Positions 13,472 to 26,976 of a DNA stretch of 64,000 bases are shown here, piece after piece. The first letter of the stretch is position 1; each line of letters opens with the position of its first letter. The stretch is from Mobula hypostoma (lineage: Eukaryota), in assembly GCF_963921235.1 (NCBI RefSeq), contig NC_086108.1:63490001-63554000 (forward strand), in the 5' to 3' direction. Under the pieces are notes generated by a model. The model was not told where the DNA came from. It searched no databases and saw nothing but the letters and a program-made list of their open reading frames with translations. The position numbers were made by a program, and so were the translations under genes.

Positions 13472-15429
13472 ACCTGTGCCATCTTGTTAGCTGCAGCTTC
13501 TCCCAACAGTTCATGGCACATGTCCTTGGCAGCAGGCAGAATCAATTCTTCACCAACAGTGAAAGGCTTCTTAGCCTTAGCAATACGACTAGCCACTCAG
13601 TACGACGCTCTCAGAGCAGCAGCATTTGTGGAGGTGGTGACTCTCAGTACTTGCTTCTGTCCCGCTTGCTCACATTTTTTCCGCTCAAAAGACTCATCGG
13701 GTTTGTCTTTAAGTGCAGGGTGCTTGGACTCAAGGAGCCGAAGCAGTTTTGAGGGCATCATTGCCGCATTAAACAGCTTGTCTCCACATATCACACACAG
13801 GGTGCTTGCGAGTCACGGGTCACATTAAAGCCATATTTTATGTACGACTTGTCGTATTTTCTGTTGGAGGAAGTTTTCTTTTTATTTTGCAGTCTCGGCC
13901 TCAGCTGCCTCTGCGTTATCATCATCGTTAGGCCACTTTCCCATACCTCCTCTTCCAAAGATAATCTCAAGCGACGTTTGTTTTTAATGACCGACCGATA
14001 ACCTCACGGGGATAATGACCTCGCATGTGTTCAAGTTCAACAGTGAACGTAACAGAGAATGAGGAAGGGTGCAACTGACTCATATCATTTCATACCGCCA
14101 AATCAAATCCTTTCCTCATGGCCCGGTAGCTCATGCTTTGCGGCCCAGTGATTGGGGACCACTGATTTATGGAGTCTGAGATCCAGATACCAGGAATCAA
14201 TTTATTTATATAATTTAGCAACTAAAAGTTCCTAGCTGATTTTCTGGGGCCTTCCTCACTCACAACTCTTCACTGCTTTGTTATGTTCAATCTCCTATCA
14301 ACACTTCATACTTCGTTAAAGATTTTAATATATGCCCTGTTAATGCACATAAACTCGCAAATTGAAAAGTGAAGCAATAATCTGAACTATAATCTCGACA
14401 TCAAAACAAATAATTTCGAAACATTCAGCAGTTTTCAGGTTGGGAAAAAGAAACAGCTAATGCTTGAAGACCTTTAGTCAGCAAATAGAAATCCGGTCCT
14501 TGACCTCAATTATTAACTGTGATTTCTTTTCACTGCCAGATTTCCTGAGTACTTCAGCAATATCTGCTTCTGTTTCAGTTTTCAAGAATCTGCAGTTTTT
14601 TATTAGTAGTGTGATCACTCAAGTAAAGTACGATGATCTATAAAAGTTCCCTTTTGGTGGATCCTCAGGTGGCTGTCAGAGGACTGTGGTTCAGTCTGAA
14701 ACGTCGACTGTCCATTTCCCTCCATAGATGCTGTTTGACCCAATGAGTTTACCAAGTTTTTTTTTTGTGTTGCTTCTGCTACAGAACTCCAGGGTCTTAA
14801 CTTACAAAACAGCTCACTTGCCGTGAACATGTGAAAACTCCGTATGGATTCAGGATTGGCAATTCCTCCTCCAGTGAAAGAAAAATCATGTGACGACAAT
14901 TGCAAGGGTAAATGACACAGAAAGCATGTGTCTGGAGCATGGTTAAAGCAAAAAAAAAATCTAATAACCTTTAGAACCTTTCGTAGCAACATGACAGGGA
15001 ACACAAGGAACGACCTTGCCAGTATTAATCAGAATAAACCACAGCAGATCCCCATAGTAAGAAGAATTATACTAAGCAACATGAAGAATGTGCACTGAGT
15101 AGTTGTTGCTGCCATCTGGTGCCTACTTGAGTGATGTCTGAATCACAAACAATTTTAAAGAATGAAGTTTCTTATTCAAACAGTGAATGGGGGAAAACAA
15201 TCAGTGGAATCAGCAGCAATCTACACATCTGTGCAGCATTAGAGGTTTGCTTACATCTGTTTTTGGTCTTTCAAGTGGTAGTTGCTGCGTGTTCAGAAAG
15301 CAAGCTTAGGAAACATAAGATCTCCTGCCCAGGACAATGAATATCCATCACAGCATATAAATATTTTGAAAAAGGCATAAAACTTCTCCGAGGGGCTGCT
15401 TTGTTCAGGTTCTGATGTCACTGTTTCAG

Positions 15430-17080
15430 TGGTGTTTTTCCAGGGAAACCCCTCCCCCTTCCCCATCCCTATTCTCAGAATCTGGAAGCAAAAACTGAAA
15501 GCCTCAAAGCAAGAATGCAGTGCCAGCAGGACATCAGGAACTGTTCTGCACTCTGGTTCAGAGACATGGCTCACCCTCAGCATTTCGGACAGAGCACTCC
15601 AACCTCAGGGCTTCACCTTCCACCACATGGAATGGACAGCAGATTCAGGCAAATGCAGAGGTGGTGGTATTTGCTTCATGATTAAAGTATCATATTGCAC
15701 AGGGATGGCATTTCTGCCTCATTCCTGCTCCCCTGACCTGGAACACGCAGCTGTCAAACATCATCCATTCCATCAGCCAAAGGAGTTCTTTCACCATCAT
15801 CTTGTTTTCTGAGTACATTCCACCACTGTCAAACATAAAGATAACACAGGAGGAGCTAAGCACCATTATTAGAAGCCACAGATAGTGCACCCTGATGCCT
15901 TCCTGTTGTTCGTTTCTTAATCCTTCAGGGGATCAAATGTTATGGCAGGAAGGCAGGTGAATGGGATTGAGTGGGATCTGGAATCAGTCATGAATGATCA
16001 TGGGCTCAACGGTCTGAATGGCTTAATTCTGCTCCTATGTCTTATGGTTTTAAATTACAGCCTCAGTATTAATCAACGGACTTCAAAACCTTGGCCTCCA
16101 TATGTCCCTCTGCAATATTATCCTTGACTTCCTCTTCAGGAGAGCACATTCAGTGCAAATCAGTATTAACCACTTCCTCCTCGCTGACCATTAACACTGG
16201 CACACCTCAAGAATGCATGCCTAGCTCGCTGTTCTACTCTCAGCACACTCATGATTGTCTAGCTAGGCACATCTATAAATTTGCCGATGTTGTTGGTAGA
16301 ATCTCTGGTGGTGACAAGGAGGCATACAGGAGTGAGACAGATTGGTTCACTGAGTGGTGTCACAGCAACCTTGCACTCAATGTCAGCTAGATCGAGGAAC
16401 AGATTGTGGACATCAGGAAGGGGAACTTAGGAGAGCACACACCAGTCCTCATTGAGGGGTCAACAGTGGAAAGGGTGAACAGCTTTAAGGACTTAGGTGT
16501 CAACATCCCGGAGGATTTACCTTGGCACTAACTCATTGATGTGATGATGAAGAAGGCACACTGTCAGCTATACTTCGTTAGGAGTTTGAGGAGATTTAGT
16601 ATGTCACCAAAGACTCTAGTGAATTTCTACAGATATAACACGGAGAGCATTCTGACTAATTTCATCACAGCCTATTTCCAGAATTCAAAGAAGCTGTAGA
16701 GGGTCGTGGACTTAGCTAACTCCATCATAGGCACAACCCAGATATCTTCAACACTCACAACCCAGATATCTTCAACAGGGGGGTCCTCAAGAAGGTAGCA
16801 TCTGTCATTAAGGATATCGGGGACAAGTCTTCTTCTCATTACTATCTTTAGGGAGAAGGTCCAAGAGCCTGAAGAACCACACTTAATGTTTTAGGAACAG
16901 TTTCTTCCCCTCTGCCATCAGATTTCTCAATGGTCTATGAAAACTGCATCATTATTCTTCTTTTATTCTATATATTTATGTAATATCATAGCTTATAATA
17001 ATGTTATGTCTTGCGCTGTACTGCTGCATCAAAACAACAAGTATCATGACATATCAATAATTATAAGCCAGATTCTGATC
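15430..17080 (+). mobile_element. Rex1/Babar-like LINE, decayed
   Basis: SETWL, DSGKCRGGGICF (APE); TGTPQ...HTHDC...YKFAD (RT); small CR1 3' piece at about 15925-16050; boundaries approximate. Confidence 0.7.
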
Positions 17081-17581
17081 CTTCCCTTGATTTTAGCTTG
17101 CTGTTTCTGTCCTTGTGGTCCACATTGCCAGTGCAATCAAAGTGACATTCTACCCATCTCCATTATGCTTGAAAACTATCCTGTTTCCCTGTGAATTCGT
17201 GAAGCAAAGATTCTGGCTAACTATCACTTCCACTGCAATTTATGGAAGAGCTTGCTTTCGTTAATTTAGAGGCTTTGCACAGAGTACTTGACCCCAGAGC
17301 GCAGTATATTCACCACAAAATCATGCATTGATATCACATCTTTAATGTAAACTAATGTTTCAAGGGGCTTCAGAGAGACAAAACAAATCCTCCAGTCAGA
17401 GGGAGAAACTTGAGGAGAGAAACCGTGCTCAAGGAGGTGAGTTTTGAGGGAAGTCTTCAAAAAGGTGGTGGCAAAGGAACGATTCAGAAACCTTACAGAG
17501 AGAATGACAGCAGAAAGCAAATAGATCAAAATGAAAATAAGAAATAAAATATGAAATAAAAACAGAAAATTCTTGAAATCC

Positions 17582-18160
17582 GAGAGGTAACGGTGCAGCT
17601 ATATAGGACCCTGGTCAGACCTCACTTAGAGAGTACTGTGCTCATTTCTGGTCTCCTCACTACAGGAATGTGGAAACCATAGAAAGGGTGCAGAGGAGAT
17701 TTACAAAGATGTTGCCTGGATTGGGGAGCATGTCCTATGAGAATAGGTCGAGTGAACTTGGCCTCTTCTCCTTGGAGTGACGGAGGATGAGAGGTGACCT
17801 GATAGAGGTGTACAAGATGATGAGAGGCATTGATCATGTGGACAGTCAGAGGCTTTTTTCCGGGGCTGAAATGGCTAACATGAAAGGGCACAGTCTTAAG
17901 GTGCTTGGAAGTAGATACAGAGAAGATGTCACGGGTAAGTTTTTACACACAGAGTGGTGAGTGCGTGGAATGGGCTGCCAGCGACGGTGGTGGAGCTGGA
18001 TACGATAGGGTCTTTTAAGAGACTCCTGGATAGGTACATGGAGCTTAGAAAATTGGAGTGCTGTGGGTAACCCTAGGTAATTTCTAAAGTAAGTACATGT
18101 TGGGCACAGCGTTGTGGGCTGAAGGGCCTGTACTGTGCTGTAGGTTTTCTATGTTTTCTA
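17582..18160 (+). mobile_element. CR1 LINE 3' fragment
   Basis: Encodes LVRPHL..IERVQRRFT; same family as 58030-58600; TTTCTATG tail. Confidence 0.85.
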
Positions 18161-18872
18161 TCCTCAACAGGTTGGGTAATATCTGTGGAGAATTTGATAA
18201 TTGGTTTATTATTCTCAAGTGCACTGAAATACAGTGAAAGAATTCTGTTTGTGTGCCACCCTGGCAGATCATGCCAGACATGCTGAAAGTACAATGAGAC
18301 AGTAAAGAAAAAGCAGAATGCAGAATATAGTGTCTTCAGAGCAGGTGCACTGTCAGTAAATTAAATGAAAGGTCCTGGGGTAAATTGGGAAAATGTTAAT
18401 GTTTCAGAATTGGACAGGACAAAGTTGAGCAGAAGTCTAAATGTAAGGATGAGAGCCATAAATATGAGGCATTGGTAACAGGAAGCCAATCAAAATTTTA
18501 TCAGGATTTAGTGAGAAGTAGGAAATTGGAAACAGGGCTGTGTATGGATGAAAGAGTATGAGGTTGCCCGAGAAATGTAGGATATTCTAGCTAAATGTTA
18601 TGAAGAACTGTATATATTGCTACCTCCAACATGTCCTAAATCCACCTGTTGGAGCATGCAGGAACAACTGGTTCTTACTGTTTTTGAAGACTGCCTGAAT
18701 CAAGTAAATGTAATGTAATATCCTACTTATTCAACTTTAATTATTAGTTAGCTTTGAACATAAATTGCAAAGTATGTAAATCATGTTTAAAAAGTATGTA
18801 CTACATTCATACATTGTCAAATGAATAGGCTATTAAGAATAACTTTTAATATTCAACGTGTTCTGCTTTCAG

Positions 18873-19039
18873 GACAACCATTCAATCCTCAAACCAAGAT
18901 ACATATATCAATTTTAAACATAATCTGTTCAATTGTTCTCGGAGAACAGTATGACTGTGATGGTACCCATGCTGATATACAAGAAATCCGTCTTTTGCTT
19001 GACAAATTTGCAAATCTTTTGAAGAGTATTTGGGTTCAG
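18873..19039 (+). CDS. CYP2-family P450, exon 4
   Basis: tttcag acceptor, 167 bp, QPFNPQ...NIICSIVLG...SIWVQ, gtatgg donor; phase 1 to 0. Confidence 0.92.
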
Positions 19040-19239
19040 GTATGGTTATATTTGGGAGTAATATTTTTAAATATTGAATTTTGGAAAAGGAAAAATATTT
19101 GACTGAAATTAAAATCTTTTAATTTGAAAAGAGTGTACGCTACCATCACTAATCAGGCACAATCTACAGAAATTCATGAAATACATTTATGTTAACAATT
19201 TATAAGTCTAATTTCAAACTCTATTTTCAAATTGTAGTG

Positions 19240-22200
19240 CAGGATGATAAACTTATGGTACACGTGCCCAAGATGGCACATGCAAAATTTTTGTTAGCAT
19301 GTGACATTCAGTGCCATTCCTCTATCCTTTAAACCCCACCCATTATAAAAAGATACATAATGATTATCTTTACTGCCAAATGAAGTAGCAAATTATTTTT
19401 TACAACCAAAGAGAAACCATAGAAACACTACAGAACAGAAACAGGCATTTTGGCCCTTCTTGGCTGTGCCGAACTATTTTTTGCCTAGTCCCACTGACCT
19501 GCACACGGATCATATCCCTCCATACACCTCCCATCCATGTATCTGCCCAATTTATTCTTAAATGTTAAAAAAGAACCCACACTTACCACCTCGTCTGGCA
19601 GCACATTCCATACTCCTACCATTCTCTGTGTGAAGAACCCCCCCCTATGTTCCCTTTAAACTTTTCCCCCCTCACCCTCAACCCATGTCCTCTGTTTTTT
19701 TTCTCCCCTTTTCTCAGTGGACAAAGCCTGCTTGCATTCTCTCTATCTATACCCATCATAATTTTATATACCTCTATCAAATTTCCCCTCATTCGTCTAT
19801 GCTCCAGGGGATAAAGTCCTAACCTATTCAACCTTTCTCTGTAACTGTGTTTCTCAAGTCCCGGCAACATCCTTGTAAACCTTCTCTGCACTCTTTCAAC
19901 CTTATTAATATTCTTCCTGTAATTTGGTGACCAAAACTGAACACAATACTCCAGATTCGGCCTCACCAATGCCTTATACAACCTCATCATAACATTCCAG
20001 CTCTTATACTCAAAACAGTGATTAATAAAGGCCAATCTACCAAAAGCTCTCTTTACGACCCTATCTACCTGTGACGCCACTTTTAGGGAATTTTGTATCT
20101 GTATTCCCAGATCCCTCTGTTCCACTGCACTCCTCAGTGCCTTATCCTGTATGTTCTACCTTGGTTTATCTTTCCAAAGTGCAACACCTCACACTCGTCT
20201 GTATTAAGCTCCATCTGCCATTTTTCAGCCCATTTTTCCAGCTGGTTCAAGTCCCTCTGCAGGCTCTGAAAACCTTCCTCACTGTCCACTACACCTCCAA
20301 TCTTTGTATCATCAGCAAATTTGCTGATCTAATTTACCATATTATCATCCAGATCATTGATATAGATGAGAAATAACAATGGACGCAGCACTGATCCCTG
20401 TGGCACACCACTAGTCACAGGCCTCCACTCTGAGAAGCAATTCTCTACTACCACTCTTTGGCTTCATCCATTGAGTCAATGTCTAATCCAATTTACCACC
20501 TCTCCATGTATACCTTGCGACTGAATTTTCCTAACTAACCTCCCATTCGGGACCTTGTCAAAGGCCTTACTGAAGTTCATGTAGACAACATCCACTGCCT
20601 TCCCTTCATCCACTTTCCCGGTAACTTCCTCGAAAAACTCCAAGAGATTGGTCAAACATGACCTACCACGCACAAAGTCATGTTGACTTTCCCTAATAAG
20701 TCCCCGTCTATCCAAATGCTTGTAGATTCTGTCTCTTAGTACTCCCTCCAATAACTTACCCACTACTGACGTCAAACTTACCCGTCTATAATTTCCGGGA
20801 TTACTTTTCGATCCCTTTTTAAACAACGGAAGAACATGAGCTACTCTCCAATCCTCCAGCACCTCACCCATAGACACCGACATTTTAAATATATCTGCTA
20901 GGGCCCCTGCAATTTCAACACTAGTCTCCTTCAATGTCCGCGGGAATACCCTGTCAGGTCCTGGGGATTTATCCACTTTAATTTGCCTCAAGATAGCAAG
21001 CACTTCCTCCTTTTCAATCTGTACAGTTTCCATGATCTCACTACTTGTTTCCCTTAATTCCATAGACTTCATGCCAGTTTCCTTAGTAAATACAGACGAA
21101 AAAAAAACCACTTAAGATCTCCCCCACTTCTTTTGGTTCCGCACATAGCCGACCACTCTGATCTTCAAGAGGACCAATTTTATCCCTTACAATCCTTTTA
21201 CCGTTAATATATCTGTAAAAGCTCTTTGGATTATCCTTCACTTTGACTGCCAAGGCAACCTCATGTCTTCTTCTAGCCGTCCTGATTTCTTTCTTAAGTA
21301 TTTTCTTGCACTTTTTATACTCCTCAAGCACCTTATTTACTCCCTGTTTCCTATACATGTCATACAACTCTCTTCCTCTTTATCAGAGTTGCAATATCCC
21401 TTGAGAACCAAGGTTCCTTATTCCGATTCACTTTGCCTTTAATGCTGACAGGAACATACAAGCTCTGCACTCTCAAAATTTCTCCTTTGAAGGCTTCCCA
21501 CTTACAGATCACATCCTTGCCAGAGAACAAGATCCTTCCTCATTTCTTCAAAGTTGGCCTTCTTCCAGTTCAGAACCTCAACCCGAGGACCAGATCTATC
21601 CTTGTCCATGATCAAGTTGAAACTAATGGTGTTATGATCACTGGAACCAAAGTGCTCCCCTACACACACTTCCGTCACCTGTCCTAACTTGTTTCCTAAC
21701 AAGAGATCCAACATTGCATCCCCTCTAGTTGGTACCTCTATATATTGATTTAGAAAACCTTCCTGAACACATTTTACAAACTCTAAACCATCTAGATCCC
21801 TAAAAGTATGGGAGTCCCAATCAATATATGGAAATTAAAATCCCCTACCACGACAACTTTATGTTTCCTGCAGTTGCCTGCTATTTCTCTGCAGATTTGC
21901 TCCTCCATTTCTCGCTGACTATTGGGTGGTCTATAATACAACCCCACTAATGTGGCCGTACCTTTCCTGTTTCTGAGCTCCACCCATATGGACTCAGTAG
22001 ACAAGCTCTCTAATCTGTCCTGCCTGAGCACTGCTGTTACATTTTCCCTGACAAGCAATGCTACTCCCCCACCTTTCATTCCTCTGCCTCTATCACATCT
22101 GAAACATCGGAACCCTGGAATATTAAGCTGCCAGTCCTGCCCCTCCTGTAGCCAAGTTTCACTAATTGCTATAACGTCATAATTCCACGTGTCAATCCAC

Positions 22201-23299
22201 GCCCTCAACTCGTCTGCCTTCCCCGCAATACTCCTGGCATTGAAATAGATACACCTCAGAAGATTTTTACCACCACTCACAATCTTTTGCGGCTTTGCTT
22301 GAACTTTTAACATCATTTATTTTCACCCCAGCGACACTGTCAGCTCTGGCACTCTGGTTCCTATCCCCCAGCAAATCTAGTTTAAAGCCTCCCCAAGAGC
22401 ACTAACAAACCTCCCTGAAAGGATATTCGTCCCCTTGTAGTTCAAGTGTAACCTGTCTCTCTTGTACAGGTCGCACTTGCCCCAGAAGAGGTCCCAATGA
22501 ACCTGAAATCTGAAACCCTGCCACCTACACCAGTTCCTCAGCCATTTGTTCATCCTCCAGAGCATCCTATTCTTACCCTCACTGGCACCTAGCACAGGTA
22601 GCAATCCTGAGATTACCACCCTCGAGGTCCTGCTTTTCAACTTCCTACCAAGCTCTCTATACTCACGTGGAAGTGAGATGTTTTCACAGGGAATGCCTGA
22701 TTTCACACTGGTTGCAAGAGCAGGTAACATTGAATGGTAGGTTTTGAAATACCTACAAATCGGGTGGACACACCAGTGTTCAATTAGTAAATGATTGGAC
22801 CAATTGGCATAGGTTCTGGTTTGCTTATAGTTTTTCTTCTGTCACTTGTGAGTGAACACTGGATATTTGGTGATAATAATGGTAAATACTGCATGAGATT
22901 TAGTGACTCCATGAATATTTGTTTTATCAGAATAACATATTTACATTAGTAAAACTATGCTATTTAAGTTTATTGATGAAATATTTTTAAATTGTGCTTA
23001 CTCTTCTTGACATGTTCAGAACGTCAGATACACCAGCAAAGAAAGTAAAACATTCAAACGATGAGAGAGGCAGCAGAGATTTTCAAGAGTGGTAGAGTGA
23101 AGGATTTGGCATGATTAAAAATGGTGATAAAGCACATAAATATGCCACAAGACTCATCCTTTTCCTTTAAAAAGTTCATAATTATTGTTAGTAATTCAGT
23201 AATCAATGATTATCTCTGCTGAAAATTACCTTGGTTTGCAAGAGAACTTTTTAGATTAGATTAGTGCCAACACAGTCTCTGAAAGGGTTGCCACCCCTA
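19240..23299. mobile_element. Old hAT-like non-autonomous element split by a CR1
   Basis: Degenerate ends CAGGATGATAAAC (19240) and GGTTGCCACCCCTA (to 23299) resemble CAGGGGTGGCAAC TIRs; no TSD seen. Confidence 0.4.
19411..22665 (-). mobile_element. CR1 LINE with ORF1 (esterase-like) remnant and disrupted ORF2
   Basis: SRVVISGLLPV..HWDLFWG..DRLHLN (ORF1); FNARSI, ISETWL, VGDFN (APE); KSPGPD, FSKAFDKV (RT); 3' tail repeats. Confidence 0.9.
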
Positions 23300-23534
23300 A
23301 AGATTTATACAGGACAACATTGCGTTCAGTGTGTCTTGTTGATGACAATCAGGGTGTCTTCATGAGCTAATCCCATTTGTCTGTATTTGACTCATATTTC
23401 TTGAAGTCTTTCCTATCCACATACCTGTCCAAATGTCTTTTGTCCAAATGTCTTTTAACCATTGTAATTATACCTGCATACATCACATCATTGGCTGCTC
23501 ATTCTATATCACCCCTACTTTGCCTCTCAAACCA

Positions 23535-23760
23535 TTAAAACAGTCGACATTTCGGGCCAAGACCCTTCCTCAGGACCGGAGAAAAAAGATGAGGTTATAG
23601 CAAGAAGGTGAGGCGGTGGGTGGGGGGAGTGGAGTGGGTATATGGAAGAAGAGGAAGAAATACAAGGTAGTAGGTGATAGGTGAAACCAGGACAGGAGGA
23701 GGGGAACTCTTTCACCAATCAACTTCCCAGCTCTTTATTTCACCCCTCCCCTTCTCCTGA
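23535..23760 (-). mobile_element. PLE pLTR fragment with hammerhead motif (23542-23577)
   Basis: Reverse complement GGTC-CTGAGGA-AGGGTCTTGGCCC-GAAAT-GTC-GACT. Confidence 0.7.
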
Positions 23761-24270
23761 TAAACATAAAATACAAATAGATACATGTTCACTAATGTTC
23801 TTAAGTGGTATTTGCCAGGTCCAGGTGGAGGTCAAAATAGATCTATTAATTGCCAAGTAATTTGAATGGATCAGGCAAAAAATAGTGACAAATGGTGCAA
23901 AACATACATTCACCACACCTGAAATAAATAGAACAGAAGATTTTCTAAATTATAAAAGCCTTACATGAATGGAAGTGCAGACAGATGCACAGAGATTATT
24001 AGAATCTTATGTATAGGTAAAGAAAGGAATCCAGCAGACTACTGAAATGCTGGATTTTACTTATGAATAATTAGTCACAAGTTTGTGTAAGTAATGGATG
24101 TCCAGACCCTATACCCCTCCACTGTCCATCAGGAGGACTTCAAATAATACAATGTTCATTTCAAAGCATCCTACTACAGCAGGGAAATATTGACCGTGAA
24201 GCAAAGAATGTAGTGTAGATTTATAATGACAATAGCTGAATTCCAAAGTTTAAAACATAAGGAGAGATTA

Positions 24271-24774
24271 GGCTCAGTGGCCAGTTTATCAGATACAGGA
24301 TTAGAACCCAGTGTTGTCTTCTGCTGCTGTAGCCTATCAACTTCAAGATTCAACATGGTTATTTGAGTTACTGCTGCCTTCCTGTCAGCTTGAAACAGTT
24401 GGACATTCTCCTCTGACCTCTCTGATTAACAAGTTGTTTTTACCTACAGAATTGCCAGTCACTGAGTGATTTTTGTTTTGATTTTTGCACCATTCTCTGT
24501 AAATTCTAGAGACTGTTGTGTGTTAAAATCCCAGGCAATCAGCAGTTTCTGAGATACTCAAACCACCCTGTTTGGCACCAACAATCATTCCACGGTTAAA
24601 GTCACTTAGATCATATTTTTTCCGCATTCTGATGTTTGGTCTGAACAACAACTGAATCTCTCGATCATGTACGCATGCTTTTGTGAATTGAGTTGCTGCC
24701 ACATGATTGGCTGATTAAATATTTGTATTATTGAGCAGGTGTATAGCTGCATCTAATAGTGTGGCCGCCTAGTC
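24271..24774. mobile_element. Tc1-like non-autonomous element
   Basis: Degenerate TIRs CTCAGTGGCCAGTTTAT / CTAATAGTGTGGCC..AGT with TA on both flanks. Confidence 0.6.
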
Positions 24775-25071
24775 TATGTTGTATTTATCAAAGTTTTCAC
24801 ATAATAAAGAAATTGTCAGGTGCATGGGAGAGACAATTTCTGCTGTTCGGAGAGCTTTTTGGTTGGAAGAGTAATTTAAAAGTTTGATCTTGAAAACATG
24901 AAGTTAGGAAACACTTCAAAGTGAAAAGTGTAGTGAAAGTGTAAAACTCTCTTGTGATGCTGGGTCAGGTAAGCTCTCCTCACTTTGAATGAAATAAGAT
25001 TTGTTTGCTGCTTAAATCAGTCAAGGCTATAAGGTTGTCCTAATCTTTTCATTTAATGTTCCTTTCTACAG

Positions 25072-25248
25072 CTATATAATTCATTTCCAAAATTAGTGAG
25101 ACATCTGCCAGGCCCACATAATGATCTATTTGCTTCATGGAAAAGTTTAGAGGACCTTTTCCAAAAGAACATCAAGCAGCACCGGGAGAGATGGAACCCA
25201 ACAGAACAAAGGGATTTCATTGACTGCTTCCTATCACAAATGCAAAAG
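25072..25248 (+). CDS. CYP2-family P450, exon 5
   Basis: ctacag acceptor, 177 bp, LYNSFPKLVRHLPGPH...RDFIDCFLSQMQK, gtgaag donor. Confidence 0.95.
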
Positions 25249-26149
25249 GTGAAGTTTTATGTAAACTTAAATTTTGAGATAGGAGGAATAGAAAGGGTGA
25301 ATATTGTTTAAAGAGGGTGAGTAAAGGACACTATTACAGAGGAATTCTGGGTGTTCTCAGATAGGCCACGTAGGTTGTCAGTGAGTAGTTAAGAAGGCAT
25401 TTATAATTCCTATTTTTGTGGCAAAGGTGCTGAAGTACAGAAATTAAGAAGTCTTGCTAGAACTGTACAGGATGTTGGTAAAATCATGTTTCCCATACCC
25501 TTTATTATGTAGGGATATGCTTATATCAAAATAGTTTTAAGAAGTTGAACTGGGTGCATCTCTGGGAGGAAATCTTTTATGTGGAAAGGTTGAAGTACTG
25601 ATGAGACTTCAGGAGAATAAATATGGGGCATCCTTTCTGAATAAGTGTCACCTATTTAAGATTGAGGTGAGGTGGATTTTCTGCTCTGTGAATCAGGAAT
25701 ATTTAGAATATTTACAGCCAAGACAGGATAATATTAGGTTGATAAGGCAGTTGAGGATTATGTGGAATTGGCAGAGCTGGACTCAACATTAGATTGTACC
25801 TAGTTTGTACCCAGTGTCTGGGGGGTTTATATGACCGACTCCTATTGCTCTGTTCTCATGCCCCTATTTCTGACTTTCTTGATTCTGTTATAAAACTTTT
25901 GCTGGCCTTTATCAGGAGTGTCATCCTAACCAGGATGATCACAAAGAGTATACCTATGGCATTGTTTCAGAAATGCGAAAATTAAAAAAAAACAAATGCT
26001 AGAAAGCTGAAGGAAAATCACAGAAGGCGGGAACCTCTCAGCAGGTCAGGCAGTATTTGTAGAAAGAGAAACTGTTAACATTTCAGCCAAAGATCAATCA
26101 TCAGGGTTACGTGGTATTTTGGATTGCGGGGTATAGATATATCTCTATC

Positions 26150-26492
26150 ATACGAGGTGTGAGGTGCCCCTTCCCTCTGCCAACCTGCAGCTCACCTTTG
26201 GGCATGGTGAAACATCTGCTTAGCTCCACAATCAGGGTCACGTGAGGCCATGGAACCAAGTGGTGGATGGTCGTATGAGCAGCTGGTGCATATATCAAGT
26301 CTCAGTTATAGGATTACTGATGCCAGGCAAATAATCTCTGAAGGGTATTGGTAATGGCTGGGGTCACGTTTCTTGTAAAGACGCTGTCCAGAAGGCAATG
26401 GCAAACCACTTCTGTAGAATATGCCAAGAACAATAATGGTCACGGACTATGATCGCCCACATCATGCAACATGGCACATAATAATGATGATG
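26150..26492 (+). mobile_element. RTE-clade derived short element
   Basis: GAAGGCAATGGCAAACCACTTCTG resembles the BovB/Bov-A core; (TAA)/(TGA)n tail. Confidence 0.55.
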
Positions 26493-26640
26493 ACAAGGAA
26501 TTAGAAATAATGACATGACCAATTCTGATCAAGGTCATAGAACTGAGAAGTTTATAGTGTTTCTGTTTTGACAAATTCTGAGTACTTCCAACATTTTTGG
26601 GTTTGTTTTAGAAGCATGTCTTGCAGTGGTGTCTGGCAAA

Positions 26641-26976
26641 GCTATTTCCCATGGTAGGGGATTCTAGGACAAGAGGGCATGACTTCAGCATTGAAGGACG
26701 TCCTTTTAGAAATGAGATGTGGAGAAATTACTTTAGTCAGAGGGTGCTAAATCTGTGGAATTTGTTGCCATGAGCGGCTGTGGAGGCCAAGTCATTGAGT
26801 GTATTTAAGGCAGAGATAGATAGGTTCTTGATTAGCCAGAGCATCAAAGGGTATGGGGAGAAGGCAGGGGAGTGGGGATGATTGGAAGAATTGGATCAGC
26901 CCATGATTGAATGGTGGAGCAGACTCAATGGGCCGAATGGCCTACTTCTACTCCTATATCTTATGGTCTTATGGTC
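26641..26976 (+). mobile_element. CR1 3' end fragment
   Basis: Ends ...GGCCGAATGGCCTACTTC...CTTATGGTCTTATGGTCT. Confidence 0.8.

Larger units (their letters stand above)
10253..14164 (-). mobile_element. hAT (Charlie/Buster-type) DNA transposon, decayed, split by a PLE
   Basis: Transposase about 13990 to 10430: BED-like CVICG..KH, DESTD, CTDG, VRWLS, LLPFPTSYLCE.VFS, ends QAQGSH; several stops and frameshifts; one TIR-like end CAGTGGTCCCCAA at 14164, the other end not found. Confidence 0.88.

Noticed and set aside
10430..13990. Domesticated ZBED/FAM200/SCAND3-like host gene
   Set aside because: Multiple stops and frameshifts, a PLE insertion and a retained TIR indicate a dead transposon
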